A stretch of 64,000 nucleotides of DNA from Lingula anatina (Eukaryota; Animalia; Brachiopoda). The translations under genes and the position numbers were made by a program. The DNA lies in assembly GCA_051362555.1 (NCBI GenBank), contig CM120645.1, positions 22,630,001 through 22,694,000 of the forward strand, given 5' to 3'. Shown piece by piece: positions 47,922 to 61,305 of the stretch. The notes under the pieces were generated by a model. The model saw only the letters and a program-made list of their open reading frames with translations, did no database searches and was not told the DNA's origin. How positions within the stretch are numbered: the stretch's first letter is position 1; every line of letters starts with the position of its first letter.

Positions 47922-48889
47922 TAAAATAAAGATTTATATCAAAAGCCAGAGACGCAACCCTGAATCGCTATCTTTTCATTTTTTGGTGAAATCTTTGTAA
48001 TGCGATATAGCCTACATGTATATGCATCCACAATCTCAATTTACCGCGCGCAAAAACGCTGCCCCAGCAAAGTGTGATACTGAGTAGGCAACGTACATTG
48101 ACACCGATAAGAATGAGCTGCAGTATATACGAAACGTTTTTACAATAACGGTGCAAGTAAACCGACATTCGCGCTATTGTGTCAATAGACGAAAATCTGA
48201 AAAATCTGAAAAATTATTTTAGCCGTTAATTTAAATGTTTGCATTTGTAACAGAGCAGACCAGCAAGCATTGCGGGTCCATGCTTTGGGTCCCAGTTTAG
48301 TACGCAGGAAAACGTTGGTGTGCGTTGGCACACCCGGAGGGACATACAGTTTTGTGCAGAGAAGATGACATTACGGATACGGATAAAAGACCCTAATCTT
48401 ACGTATCGCACATTTAACATAATTACAGGGTAAACACAATAGGCCAGAATGCTTAGCGTAAGTCAGCTGGGTTACGGGAAGTAAGTCGAGTTGGCCTCGT
48501 TTGAGGTGATGAGTGACAGCCTTAATTGCCACCTCTCCCTCTACTGATGCTGCTGAGCGACAGCGTTAATTGTCATCTCCCAAGTCCCAGCCGCTTATCT
48601 GATTATCTGCCCGACTGCACGCAATCATTGTTCATCTATATGGGGCACGCTTTCATGGTATTCGTCCTTTAGATAGTATTTAAGATTGTATTTTCTTTCT
48701 TAACGATGTCTTGGTTCTCAAGGCTCAGTTACAATATAAAATATTACTCCTAAAATGGTTTCAATAGACGTTTTTGCTGCGTATATAGCACATAGTTACT
48801 TATTTTTTTTGCTGTTAATTGTGTTGTAAATTTCAAATTTCCCATGTGTTGTTGATTCTGAATGTTGAAAATAAAGGATCCATAACCCT

Positions 48890-49130
48890 AAGCCAAGGTC
48901 CCTACTACGTTTTGGACGCACGGTTTTCAGGTTACTAGCGTCCGGCTAGGACGTAGCGAGATCGCACGTAGCGGCTGTTGATCATGTCGAAAAGTTTCTA
49001 CGCGCTGTTTGCGTCCTCCAAAAGTCGCACGATGGTCGTGCTCCTCACGCACGAACTCCCACTTTTTCCCCATTTTTATGGCCGTAGGCCACACGTAGCA
49101 GCCCGTACGTTCGGTTGGGACCTAGGCTTA
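48890..49130. mobile_element. Nested Tourist/PIF-like MITE
   Basis: TAAGCCAAGGTCCC / GGGACCTAGGCTTA inverted ends. Confidence 0.55.
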
Positions 49131-51541
49131 AGACGGCGTATTTTACGTTTTTCCTTGAGTCATCAATTTCATCTCAAATTATTACATTGAAATGCTCACA
49201 CTATTATAAATTTTGAAGATATAATTGATTGCGGTTTAGCCTGGCTTTGCCCCAACCTTTTAACCTTTTAACATCATTTTCGATCACGAAGAACAACAGG
49301 GGCCGGGTAATCTATCCAAACACGTTTTTCTTTTCTTTTTTTTTTTACTTTTAATTATAAAGCGGCGCGGAGTATTCAATTGGAGATTAAGACGTCGACA
49401 ATAATATCCATTGACTCGTACGTCAAATTAAATGCTTGTAGAAAGGGTTTTTAAAAGGTTTTTCTAAGAACATGGAGTCGACAAAAAGTACGGAGCTTAA
49501 GCAAGCATTTAAGGAAGATAATCAACGATCATGGTAACTGCGTGTAATCCACGTGCCCGGGTCCCTTAAGTTCTTATCGGACGCTTCAAAGAATGGCGGA
49601 GATGGAGAAATGAGAGGATGATCTTATCGAAAATCTCAATCTACCTGTACTTTGGAGTTATTAATCTAACTTACGTGGCAGGTAAGCTCTGATTAAACGT
49701 GTCACCAAAATCTTTTGTTCGACTTAAAATGTCAAAGAAGTGCCACGTCTTACTTGTAATTTTGTCATCTTATGTGACATTTTGGCTTTACGGCTTATTT
49801 TGATTGTGGTGAAAATTTTTATCATTTTTACCGCAATTCATTTGTCAGAAGTAACCTTCATCGATAATTCATCTAGTTGCTGACCTAGCAAATCTGTTTT
49901 TATTGCACTTTTCTATTACTCTCTGCAAGCATTGTTATATAATGTTTCCAAGGAATGTGACCGGCTACCATTACCAATAAATATGTTACAAAAATTGTTT
50001 TTTGAAATTTGCTTGGTTTGGTGCATGAAAGCTTGCTCTGCCAAATTATACATTACCGATACGGGCTGTCACCAGTACCTTCCGTTTTTTTTTTTTTTGT
50101 TTGTTTTTTTTTTCGAATTTATGTCAGAATGTTCTATCTATCGCAATGAGTGAAATGTCTGGCATATATTCATATAGCAAATATTATTTTATGACATTAT
50201 TCATACAACTTATTCAATACAGATTTAGTTCACGTGTATCTTGATGGAATGCTTTAAGCAAGCAGTTTTCTAAGAACTTTATTTTAAATTAATGGTTTTA
50301 TATTCCCATCCTTCTGCTGAAACGAGCAGTTTGCTTGTTGTTTCATGAATAAAATAATGAATAAAAATCCCTTCTCCATACAATGTTCTTCGTTTGATAA
50401 TTATCCTTGTTGAACAGTGAACGGAAATAAAGGCAGTCTTAAGAAATATGTTGATGGAGAGATAGGAAGTAGGTGATCTTATCGGAACTCTCAATTTACC
50501 TGTACGTTGCAGTAATTAAACTGTTAGCTTACGTGGCAGCTCTGATTAAGAGTGTCACCTGAAAATCTTTTGTCCGACTTAAACTTTCAAGATGTGCCAA
50601 GTTTGATTTCAATCACGCTCCCTGCGGCAACTGCCGATACGAAACCAGCACTGACAACAGTGAAATTATCATCCCAAGAGGAAATCTTGTAGCCCTATTT
50701 CTACAATTATTATTATCATCATTGAATAATAAGACTCTGCCCACCACCAATTAACTCAAACATTACAGAAAGAAGGTTCCGTTAAGATGTTATGTTGTTG
50801 GTGTGATCTGTAAGTCTGATGTTCATTACATAGGATTGGACGTTGCTTTAACAAATTGAAAAAACCCCACAACACTCTTAAAATTAGACTGCGCTAAATA
50901 GGGTATCGACTAGTAAGCAAACAAAAATCAAGGAGGGAGGGATGTGCTAAAGAAACGGCATAATTACGGATTACTATTAGCAACTCTTTACTATCTAGAA
51001 TTGTACACCATACTGACTCTTGTCAAAGCAGACACAGCCTCTAAATACTGTAATACAATTGATGTAGTGTTTACCCCCCCCCCCCCTCACCCCCACTGAT
51101 AATGACTGGCCTGTAATTGTGCGTTTAACAAAGGTAGTGGTACAGTGATATTCACGCCTTAAGCCTCTGGCGATAGTCAAGCAAGCAGAACAAGATATAA
51201 AACCAGGGACAGCGTTAACTTGAAAGGAACACTTTCAATTCAGGTTAATTTAAAGCTGATTCATGTTTGGAGATTCCCTAGCGATAATAACCACCAACTA
51301 ACAAATTATGTGCAAGTTATATAAACATGTGGTCATAGGGTAAATGTATAAGCAATTCATATACATTTCAACATTTTCTGAGGTTAAATAACCCTTTAAA
51401 TGAAAGAGAGACAGAAAAAAAGGAAAACTGTCGTGAACGTGAAGCAAGTCTTTTGCTTCCTGGTTAAAAATGAAAAGAAAACAACACCGATATTAAGGGC
51501 CTCACAATGGGTCAAGTTCAAGGACACTCGAACCCGGGGTC

Positions 51542-51640
51542 TATAAAAGGCGGTACATTACATATTTTCACTAGTCTGTTGGTCTTGCCAACAGGCGAGG
51601 CTGCTGCAAAGACCAACAGCCTCAGTATAATCCAGTAAGT
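51542..51640 (+). promoter_or_regulatory. TATA box + putative start site + double-hairpin first exon + GTAAGT donor (unit 1)
   Basis: TATAAAA at 51542, A at 51573 (31 nt later), two stems, then donor; same layout as unit 2. Confidence 0.5.
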
Positions 51641-52292
51641 AACCACCATGCACTGGTGATATTGCATCACTTGCACTGCTCAATGAGGGTTACACCTTTT
51701 AAAAGAAAAATCGCGTGCAGAACTGCAGGTGAAGGTAAATGGGCATCCTTGTAGTCTGTGTTGTATTTATTTTGAGAATAGTTTGATAAATAATATAAAT
51801 ATAATTTATAAAAATATAAAGTAGGTAAAAAGAATAATGTAATTTTATTAACACAAAAAATTACATAAATTAACTTGTACAACTGTACGGTAAACCCCAA
51901 ATCGTCCAGCTCCGACATGTTTAGACTTGCTTGGTCGGACATCCAGATTTCTGGTCCCCTCTTGAAATTAGAATTAAGACTAGCTGAATCATAGTTCTTA
52001 ACCGTACCAAATGGCACCGTTCGCCCTGAAAAATACATTTTTTCAAATTATGCGCAATGCAGTCGCTAAGTTACATAAACGCGAGGTCATAGCATACCTG
52101 AAAGTGTATAAGTAATCCGTATGCAATTCAACTTTTTCTGGGGTAACATATTCCTTCAAATGAAAAAAAAAGAAAGAAAAGCAAGAAGACTCATGTTCAA
52201 TCCAGTGACCACACACCATGCAATGGTTTCTAGACATTGCGTCACTCGCTACCCAATGAGGGTTAATGCAGGTCAAAGGTCACTCCTAAAGC

Positions 52293-52402
52293 TATATAAG
52301 GCGGTGTAACACGTAGAATCACCAGTCTGTTGGCATGTCCAGCAGGCGCGAATCTGATGGCACATGCCCACATGCCCTCAGATTCAGAAAAATCCAGTGA
52401 GC
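52293..52402 (+). promoter_or_regulatory. TATA box + putative start site + double-hairpin first exon + GTGAGC donor (unit 2)
   Basis: TATATAA at 52293, A at 52324 (31 nt later); upstream CCAAT and AGGTCAAAGGTCA (DR1-like). Confidence 0.5.
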
Positions 52403-54770
52403 AACAACCATGCAATGGTAACATTGCGTCACTCACACTATTCAGTGCGGGTTGGGCAGATTTTCTTTAATTTATTGTTTCTTAAACAATTTTTTGACAG
52501 AGGTCGGAGGGGGTGAAAAATATATTTCAAAATCATGACTTTTTGGTAACTCACTTTCAACACTACATTAGACAATGGTAAAAACTAAAACAGAGAAAAG
52601 CAATTTTTGGACAAAAACAGCAATTTCTTCTCAATATTTTATTTGTCTAAATAAATGTCAATTCTACGAATCATTCTTGTAAATTACAAAATAATAAGAA
52701 AAAACATGCTTTTACGCTGCTGGTTCCCTCTTGAAACACTCCACATGTAACGCAAGTTGTGCAGTTGATATGTTCATTTCTGATAGAAAGCAGTCAATAA
52801 AATTGCCTAAAACATCTGTAACACTGACCGGACAGACCATTTTGCATAATAATTTTGGTCCCTACTTCACTATAAACTGAGCCACACAACAGTGGTCAAA
52901 TTCCTGCTTAAATCAAGACGGCTACTCCAGCACACTTTCCCGCCATTTTGCATTAATTTGACACATGTAGTAGTACGTGTAGTGTAAAATATCAACGAAG
53001 TACTGATTGGCTTAAAAACCGGAAGCTAGAGGAAATGAACCAAGCGTTTACCTTGGCACAAATGGCCTTCGTTAAACTTGTAGGCAATCATGTGACGTGA
53101 GAGTGCCGTGAAACTTATTAACTTATTAGTTTTCGCATTTATGTTATTCCGATTGAACAGTATGATTAGTCGGACGTCGGTGAAAAAAGGGAAATTATTT
53201 TTGGTTTAAATTTTATTTATTTATTTTTCTTTTTTGGCCATTTTAAAGTCGGCTCACTGACTCACTTAGTCAAAGTTATGCCGGGGTTGCATCACAGTTA
53301 GCGGGAAACTGGACCTGCACTATTATAGACCACAATACCGTGACATATCACCGACTCGTTGACAAAGGTATCATTTACAAGAAATCAGTAAATCAATGTG
53401 AATTACTCTTAAACTTCCCATTCTAACCAGGGCAAAGGGTCACGTCGCAGCGTAACAGAGGACGATTTAATAGCCCACAATTAAGCAAGATCATATATCA
53501 CGCCTCTTTTCAAACATGATTGTGTTGCCGTAAGGCGAGAAACACCCCGCCGTCACCCTATTTGCATAAGCCCACCCCTTTTTACTCATCGCTGCATGTG
53601 TGTAAGATGTACGTAAGATGTGAGTAAGATGTACGTAAGTCGGCATTGTCCTTTAGCCTACGGATTTTCACACAATTCTTTTGTCCTCTTAAGGGGCGTA
53701 CGTAAGACAACTTAATCGTTTTTGGAGTAAGCGTATCCGTAATGTCACCTTCTCTGCACAAAACTGTAGGATGTTTTGAGTATGTTTAAAACAAAGCTGC
53801 TTGTACAATGTATCTTCATCTTAATACGCTAAAAACACGGTGGTTTATACGGCACACGCAAAGTGTTTACTCTAGGTGCGACACATCTAGAGGCTTTATC
53901 TGCGTGTTCATTTGGCCTTCGTAGTCGACATATTAGGGCACTATACAGGTATGTTGTTTTCCAAATTAAAATGCCTTTATTGTCAAATATAATATATCTG
54001 TTAACCGATTTTACAACCATGTTATACAGGTACATAGGAAATTTGTGGACGCTTGTGAACATGCACAGTTTAGACAGACTATCCTGGCGATGCGATGTAG
54101 CAGCTACATGTACATGTAGTAGACGAATAAAACGAAAGAACTAGCAACGCAGGTCAATATCAAAAGGTTATCAAATTACCGCATCTCCTCCGTACAGCCG
54201 TTGCGTTCAGATTACGTGACCTACATGAAAATCCCGTCTGTGTTAGCTTCAAATGCAGATATATGACATGATAGCCGTTATCGCCGAGTTTTTATTTGAC
54301 ATTTTAACAGATAGCCCAGTCCGCCCTTGCATTTGGCTATATTTACCCCAGTAACCCTGGATTGCAAGAAGCACACACTATCTCGGCGGGTTAGACTATA
54401 AACCTATAGAGATCAACCGTAGGTATATTTTATTGTAATATTTTGAGGGTAGATACATATATGTAAGAGTTTGGTAAATTTGTTCGTGGAGGAATTCAAA
54501 ACACCCGATATAACGATGTCAGTCGTGCTAGAATATTGATCTAACATGTTGGAGCTTACAAATTGGTATATACACATGTACATGTACAGGTGCAGTACTC
54601 TAGACATTTTCAGTTTGCTTCACACTTACCACCCACCGGTTGCCACTGTTCTATTAAAATACCAAGTCTCCTGCATACTCCTGACAAAAGTTTAAGTTTG
54701 TTGCACACTATTATGTACGGTACATATTACTTACAAATGTGTGTGCATGGTAAATGCTTGCAAGAACTAA

Positions 54771-55050
54771 GGGAGCATTCACATCGAAAAGAGCCGAGGT
54801 CTAATAAGGCCGCGACCTAAATATGGCAGACCTACATGAAAGGGAAAATGCTCAATCATGTAATGGTCTCTTCGCCTCTCACACGCCTCCCCGCGCGTCG
54901 GACATCCCGCGACCGGTTGGATTGAGCCGAGATTTAATTAGTGTGCCCCAGCAGGGACGATGCGCGGGGAGGAGTGTGAGATGCGAAGAGACCATTAGGT
55001 TAAGGTCGCGGCCTTACTAGAGCTCGGCTCTTCTCGATGCGAATGCTCCC
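54771..55050. mobile_element. Tourist/PIF-Harbinger-like MITE
   Basis: About 48-bp TIR GGGAGCATTC...GGCCGCGACCT with 4 mismatches; TAA/TGA flanks. Confidence 0.85.
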
Positions 55051-55183
55051 TGAGATTTTTGCCGCATATATCTAAGTGACTACTGCACACTCTAGAGCGT
55101 GCCGTACATGTGCAGCACATCTGCTGTGCACAGACATTCAATAAACGCCATTATCATTTGACTTCAAGGTTTAACACAACACG

Positions 55184-56389
55184 ATGCCGTGCAGAAAAGT
55201 GTGTTACCAGGTGTGCGACACGACACGGGAGGTCATCACCAGAATAGTCAGCATACTGCTCGTTCTTCTGCAGGGAGGGATCCTTGACACCTTCCTCTAC
55301 CTCCACTATGGGGGAAAGTGGTTCTACTGGTTTGTGGCAGATGCTGTGTCCGCCATTCTCTTCGCTGCAGCATTTGTGGTGGCAGTGGAGCACTATAGAA
55401 AGACGAAAAATAATAGGAGGGAGTCAGAGTCGCATCTGTGCCAGGGGCGTGCCTTGGGTCTCCTCCCCCTGGGGTACGTGGCCTGGTTTACTTATTCTGG
55501 ACTCGTGGTCCCCAGGGTGGTGCTGATCTTCAAACATATAGCTGCAGGGCTGGATGAAGATGACATCCTTAGTCCCAACTTTCTGAAGACAGCTTTGGCG
55601 TTGACTGCTCCGATTTTCCTGCTCATGGTGTTAAGTCAGCACAATAAGAGACAGACGCTGGAGAGAAAACATTACATACAGACCTTGGTGGCTGCTGTGC
55701 CGTTTGATATCCTAGATAGTGTGGAGTTTCTGGAGATATTGTTTGTGCAGGAGTCCAGGCTTGTTTTGCCTTTCTTTTTGGAAAATCTTATTATATCGTT
55801 TCCTTGCATTAACTTTATTATACCAGGTATAGTAGTTCAAACAATTAATGTATTGTACCAAAGTTTAAGGCTGAAAGATTCCTACAGTGTATGATCTTTT
55901 TATTCTATATGGATTTTAAATTATAAGTTAAAACGCGTGTTTAATTATATACATGTAGAAGGTTTCATTTTTCTTTTTATTTGCACATGGTATTCATCAT
56001 GGTTTGTTTCTTTTTCACTTTTTTCATCCAGAATTATAACAAATTATACTTTTAAATTGTACACTTTATTGTTGCAATATACTTTTTCTTTTTTAGGTTT
56101 TTGCTTTGTCGTCCTGAGTCATAGTTTCTATGGAGAGCGGCCATTGTCTGAAGGATTCCAGTTCATATACACTTTATCCCACATACTTCTGGTCAACGTT
56201 CCCTTCTTGGCCATCCGCATATATCTCTGGCACCTGCTGAGCCACGACATCTCGGTTTTCTTCATCAAGAACATCATGATGATCTCTCTTGGTGTCAATG
56301 ACTTGTATGAAGTTTGTAGTGAGGGTGACGATGATGATGATGCAGAAGAAATAGAGTTACAATACAGGTCGTCTAGGAGGGTTTATTAG
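55184..56389 (+). CDS. TMEM121/CECR6-family protein; exons 55184-55826, 56097-56389 (311 aa)
   Basis: QGGILDTFL, WFVADA, LPLGYVAWFTYS, VPFDILDSVEFLEIL, FFIKNI; phase-1 GT-AG intron. Confidence 0.82.
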
Positions 56390-57189
56390 ATCGGTGTAAC
56401 GAAATTGAGGGTCCGTGTAACAGAAAGTCCACCCTCCATTTAGTAACAATGGTTATGGTTAGCCTGTCGTAATTGGGTCAAAATCAAGGGCGAGGCTTAC
56501 CTGTACAAATCGGTTTCTCAAATTTTCCTTTTACCTAAGCACCCATGATCAACGTTTCAACGCCAATTTAATGACACTATTTAGTACTTTTCTTCAATAT
56601 CTCTGTAACTAGACAAATGAAGTGTCTTTACCTATATTTTCAGGGTCGAGGGACATCATTAAGACATTTTTGTTAGAATTAGATTTACATAATTTTCCTA
56701 AATATGCAAATTAGGCCCGCCATTAGTGAAAAACCGTTTTACTTCTGTATCTCGATCTGTAACTAGGCAAGCAAACAATGACACATGAAGTGCCCACACC
56801 CATGTTTTCAAGGTCAGGAAATGTGATAAATCAGATGTTAGATGCTCCATTATGCAAATTAACTACTTTTATTAACATCTTCACTGGTTCTCAATGATGC
56901 TAACAGATTATGATGGAGCCAATTGTCTATAATCGCAAACATCACAAAGTTTGTGTCTTAAACCAGATTTGTGGCATTTGCAACGACGTGTCCTGAACTG
57001 TTTCTGACAGGAGCATGAAATCAATTCTTGGCAACCTCCGGGAATTTGGCTCAATGACATGGGGATGGGCCTTAATCTTTATTCATTATGTTTCCATCCC
57101 ATACCGCCAGGTGCAGGAAGTTCAGAAACGGGGCAGTGAGCATTTCTCCATACCATTGCTTGGTAATGTACTTGCATCAAGTGGAGAGC

Positions 57190-57310
57190 ATCACTTGTTG
57201 GTGGCATGATCTGCGGTTTACTCAGCTTGCAAACGCAATATGTCATGCTGCATCAACTGAGTCTGTTTTCAGCCCTGGTGGCGAAATTCACCGAAAACAA
57301 AGAGCCAAGA
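57190..57310 (+). mobile_element. Possible relic of a hAT transposase C-terminal dimerization domain
   Basis: RFTQLA...AASTESVFSPGGEIHRKQR resembles the hAT SERxFSxxG motif; short and degenerate. Confidence 0.3.
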
Positions 57311-58300
57311 AAATGTTTTAAAAATTCGAGCATTGAACTACTTTTAAGTAATTATAATTATCTCATGTATTATTTATAAGAAAAATGCTCCCCTGATCAC
57401 AGCTTGACGAAAACAATCCGGGGAAAAAAAGATTGATATCAAACGCCAAAGACGCAACCCTGAACCACTATTTTTTCCCATCTTTGTTGCAATCTTTGTA
57501 AGTCGACATATGCATCCACAATCTCAATTTACCGCGCGCAAAAACGTTGCCCCAACAAAGTGTGATACTGAGTAGGCAACAAACATTGACACCGATAAGA
57601 ATGAGCTATATACGAAAAGTTTTTACAATATCGGTGCAAGTAAATCGACATTTGCTCTATTGTGTCAACAGACGAAAATCTGAAAAATCCGAAAAATTAT
57701 TTTAGTTGTTAATTTAAATGTTTGTATTCGTAAAAAAACAGCCCAGCAAGCATTGCGGGTCCATGCTTACACTTATCTCATTTCAGTCGAGGCAGTTGTA
57801 AATAAAAAAAGGATTGGTGCTGCCTTTTGTAAACCAACGATCTGCCGTTGCGTCTTTTATCCAAAACTAAAAAATTTCGAAACCCCTGTCACAGCCAGAG
57901 CTCCAGCCTCATGTGCTAATTGTGGGAGACCGACCGCGCAAGTATAATACACTATTTGGTATGGCACATTCCATAAAAGAAAGCAAGAATCCTTCTTAAT
58001 TTACTAACTGATTCCCCAACTATTTTTTTTTCTTTAATCATGGGTTTTCCTGCTATTTTATTGCAGTGGATTCGTGTCTCTATACCAATAATGCACTGAC
58101 ACAGCTAGCGTATAGGCCTAGCATTAACGTATGAGAAGAATTACCAACGCGCAAAATTAACAAACACATGGGATCCGTTAGTTTAGTACGCAGGCTAACG
58201 CTGACCACTGGCGTTGGCACACCCGGAGGGATATAGGATATGTTTTGAGTATGTTTAAAACAAAGCTGCTTGTACAATGCATCTTCATCTTAATACGCTA

Positions 58301-58704
58301 CGTCAGTCACTATGTTCCAATGCGAAATCTGCGGTCTGTAGACCAATTGCTACTCAACCCAGTAAAAATGCGATTAAAAACCTACGGTGATATATCTTTT
58401 AAAGCTGCAGGTCCAAAGGAATGGAATCTATTACCGCTGGAAATCTGAGCAATTTAGTCTACCAAACATTTTAAAAAAGAACTCAAAACATACCTTTTTA
58501 GGAAATATTTTGATTAACTCTTAATTGGTTTTATAAATCTTGTATTAATTGCATTTAATTGTATGGAATAATGGCTGTTTTTTACCTAGATTTTATTTAT
58601 GATATTTTATGTAGTATTATTTATGATATTTTATGTAAAATCTACTGAACATTTAAAATGGATTTTAGACTTAAAATAAATTTATTATTATTATTATTAT
58701 TATT
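58301..58704 (+). mobile_element. 5'-truncated L2/CR1-group LINE with (ATT)n tail
   Basis: YVPMRNLRS...KTYGDISFKAAGPKEWNLLP...FKKELKTYLF; AATAAA followed by (TTA)n; absent from the paralog at about 53831. Confidence 0.8.
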
Positions 58705-59640
58705 AAAAACAGGGTGGTTCATACAGGTACGGTACACGTAAAGTGTTTACTCTAGGTGCGATCGACACATCTAGAGGCTTTATCGGCGTGTTATCGTTCA
58801 TTTGGCCTACGTAGTCGAGATATTTAGGCACTATACAGGTATCTTGTTTTCCAAATTAAAATGCCTTTATTTGTCAAATATATATCTGTTAACCGATTTT
58901 ACAACCATGTTATACATAGAAAACTTGTGGACGTTTGTGAACATGCACATTTCATGCAGACAGACCACCCTGGCGATGCGATGCAGCAGCCACATGTACA
59001 TGTAGTAGACGAATAAAATGAAAGAACTAGCAACGCAGGACAAGATCGAAGGGTTATCTTCCCCGCTCAGCCGTTTCGTTCAGATAACGTGACCTGCATG
59101 ACAATCCCGTCCGTTAGCTACAAGTGCAGATGTAGGATAACAGCGGTTATCGCCGAGTTTTTATTTGATATTTTGACAGATACCCCAGTCCGCCCTTGCA
59201 TTTGGCTATATTTACCCCAGTAACCGTGGATTGCATGAAGCACGCACTACTTCGGCGGGTTAGACTATAAACCTATAGAGATCAACCGTAGGTATATATT
59301 TTATTGTAATATTTTGAGGGTAGATAAATATATGTAAGAGTTTGGTAAATTTGTTCGTGGAGGAATTCAGAACACCCGGTATAACGATGTCAGTCGTGCC
59401 AGAATATTGATCTAACATGTAGGAGCTTACAAAGTGGTATATACACATGTACATGTACAGGTACAGTACTCTAGACATTTTTAGTTTGCTTCACACTTAC
59501 CACCCACCGGTTGGCACTATTCTGTTGAAATACCAAGTCTCCTGCATACTCCTGACAAAACTTTAAGTTTGTTGCACACTATTATGTACGGTACATATCA
59601 CTTACAAAAAGGTGTGCATGTATATGCTTGCAGGAACTAA

Positions 59641-59898
59641 TTAAGGGACCATTCCCACAGATATTTGGATTGATCTTTCCCCCTGGGAAGTCTCACTAAA
59701 TTGCTATCAACTTAACCGGCTTAAATGTCTGTCACGCATAGTAAAGCTGTTGGGAGGGGGGTAATAATCTTTAGACCCTATAGCTGATTTGGTAGGCGTA
59801 ACAGACTTTTAAGCCGGTTAAGCTCATAGCAATTGAGTTAAACTCCCCAGGGAGTTAGACCGATCCAGATGGATCGATCTAGGCATGGGAACCCATTC
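59641..59898. mobile_element. Fold-back MITE-like insertion
   Basis: Long internal inverted arms (AATTGCTATCAACTTAACCGGCTTAAATGTCTGTCACGC and its near complement); CTAA on both flanks. Confidence 0.65.
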
Positions 59899-60038
59899 TA
59901 AGATTTTCGCCGCATATTTCCGAGCGACTACTCCACACTCTAGAGCCCACCGCACATGTGCAGCAGTGCAGCAGCACATCTGCTGCAGACATTCAATAAA
60001 CGCCATTATCATTTGACTTCAAGGTTTAACACAAAACG

Positions 60039-61305
60039 ATGCCGTGCAGAAAAGTGTGCTACGAGGTGTGTGACACGACCCGGGAGGTCATCACCAGAAT
60101 AGTCAGCATACTGCTCGTTCTTCTGCAGGGAGGGATCCTGGACACCTTCCTCTACCTCCACTATGGTGGAAACTGGTTCTGCTGGTTCGTGGCAGATGCT
60201 GTGTCCGCCATTCTCTTCACGGCAGCATTTGTGGTGGCAGTGGAGCACTATAGAAAGACCAAAAATAATAGCAAGGAGTCAGAGTCGCAGCTGTGCCATG
60301 GGCGTGCCTTGGGTCTGCTGCCCCTGGGGTATGTAGCTTGGTTTACTTATTCTGGACTCGTGGTCCCCAGGGTGGTGCTGATCTTCAAACATACCGGTAT
60401 AGCCGCAGGGCTGGATGAAGATGACATCCTTGGACCAAACTTTCTGAAGACAGCTCTGGCGTTGACTGCTCCGATTTTCCTGCTCATGGTATTAAGTCAG
60501 CACAATAAGAGACAGACGCTGGAGAGAAAACATTACATACAGACCTTGGTGGCTGCTGTGCCGTTTGATATCCTAGATAGTGTGGAGTTTCTGGAGATAT
60601 TGTTTGTGCAGGAGTCCAGGCTTGTTTTGCCTTTCTTCTTGGAAAATCTTATTATATCGTTTCCTTGCATTAACTTTATTATACCAGGTACAGTAATTCA
60701 AACAATCAATGTATTGTACATGTACTAAAGTTTAAGACTAAAAGATTCTTAAAGTGGTCTTTTTATTCTATATGGATTTTAAAGTATAAGTTAAAACAAG
60801 TGTATTATAATGAAGGTTTAATTTTTCTTTTCATTTGCACAGGTTATATTAATCTTGGTGTGTCTCTTTTTCACTTTATTTTCATCCAGAATTGTAACAA
60901 ATAATACTATTAAATCGTACATTTTATTGTTGCAACAGTTTTTCTTTTTTAGGTTTTTGCTTTGTCGTCCTGAGTCATAGTTTCTATGGGGAGCGGCCAT
61001 TCTCTGAACGATTCCAGTTCATATACACTTTATCCCACATACTTCTGGTCAACGTGCCCTTCTTGGCCATCCGCATATATCTCTGGCACCTGCTGAGCCA
61101 CGACATCTCGGTTTTCTGCATCAAGAACATCATGATGATCTGCCTTGGAGTCAATGATCTGTATGAGATATGTGGTGAGAGTGATGACGATGGTGTAGGT
61201 GGCGCAGGTGCTGACATGCCACCCAGCAGAAATCCCCGGGCCGAGCTTGTGTTCAATGACACGTACGATCCAGATGATCTTGTAGTACATCCAGGTTTAC
61301 AATAG
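60039..61305 (+). CDS. TMEM121/CECR6-family protein, tandem paralog; exons 60039-60687, 60953-61305 (333 aa)
   Basis: Near-identical to 55184-56389 with the same intron and a different C-terminal tail. Confidence 0.82.

Larger units (their letters stand above)
48347..53766. mobile_element. 5.4-kb non-autonomous TIR element (Tc1/mariner-pogo-like ends), TA TSD
   Basis: 35-bp TIR CAGTTTTGTGCAGAGAAGATGACATTACGGATACG with one mismatch; TA on both sides; empty site at about 58234. Confidence 0.85.
46686..56510 (+). repeat. Tandem segmental duplicate of 57278-61590 containing the TMEM121-like gene
   Basis: Colinear from GTGGCGAAATTCACCG to CTTACCTGTACAAAT once the insertions are removed. Confidence 0.88.

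Noticed and set aside
52350-52392. Hammerhead ribozyme core
   Set aside because: CTGATGG rather than CTGATGA, and no correctly placed GAAA/stem II.
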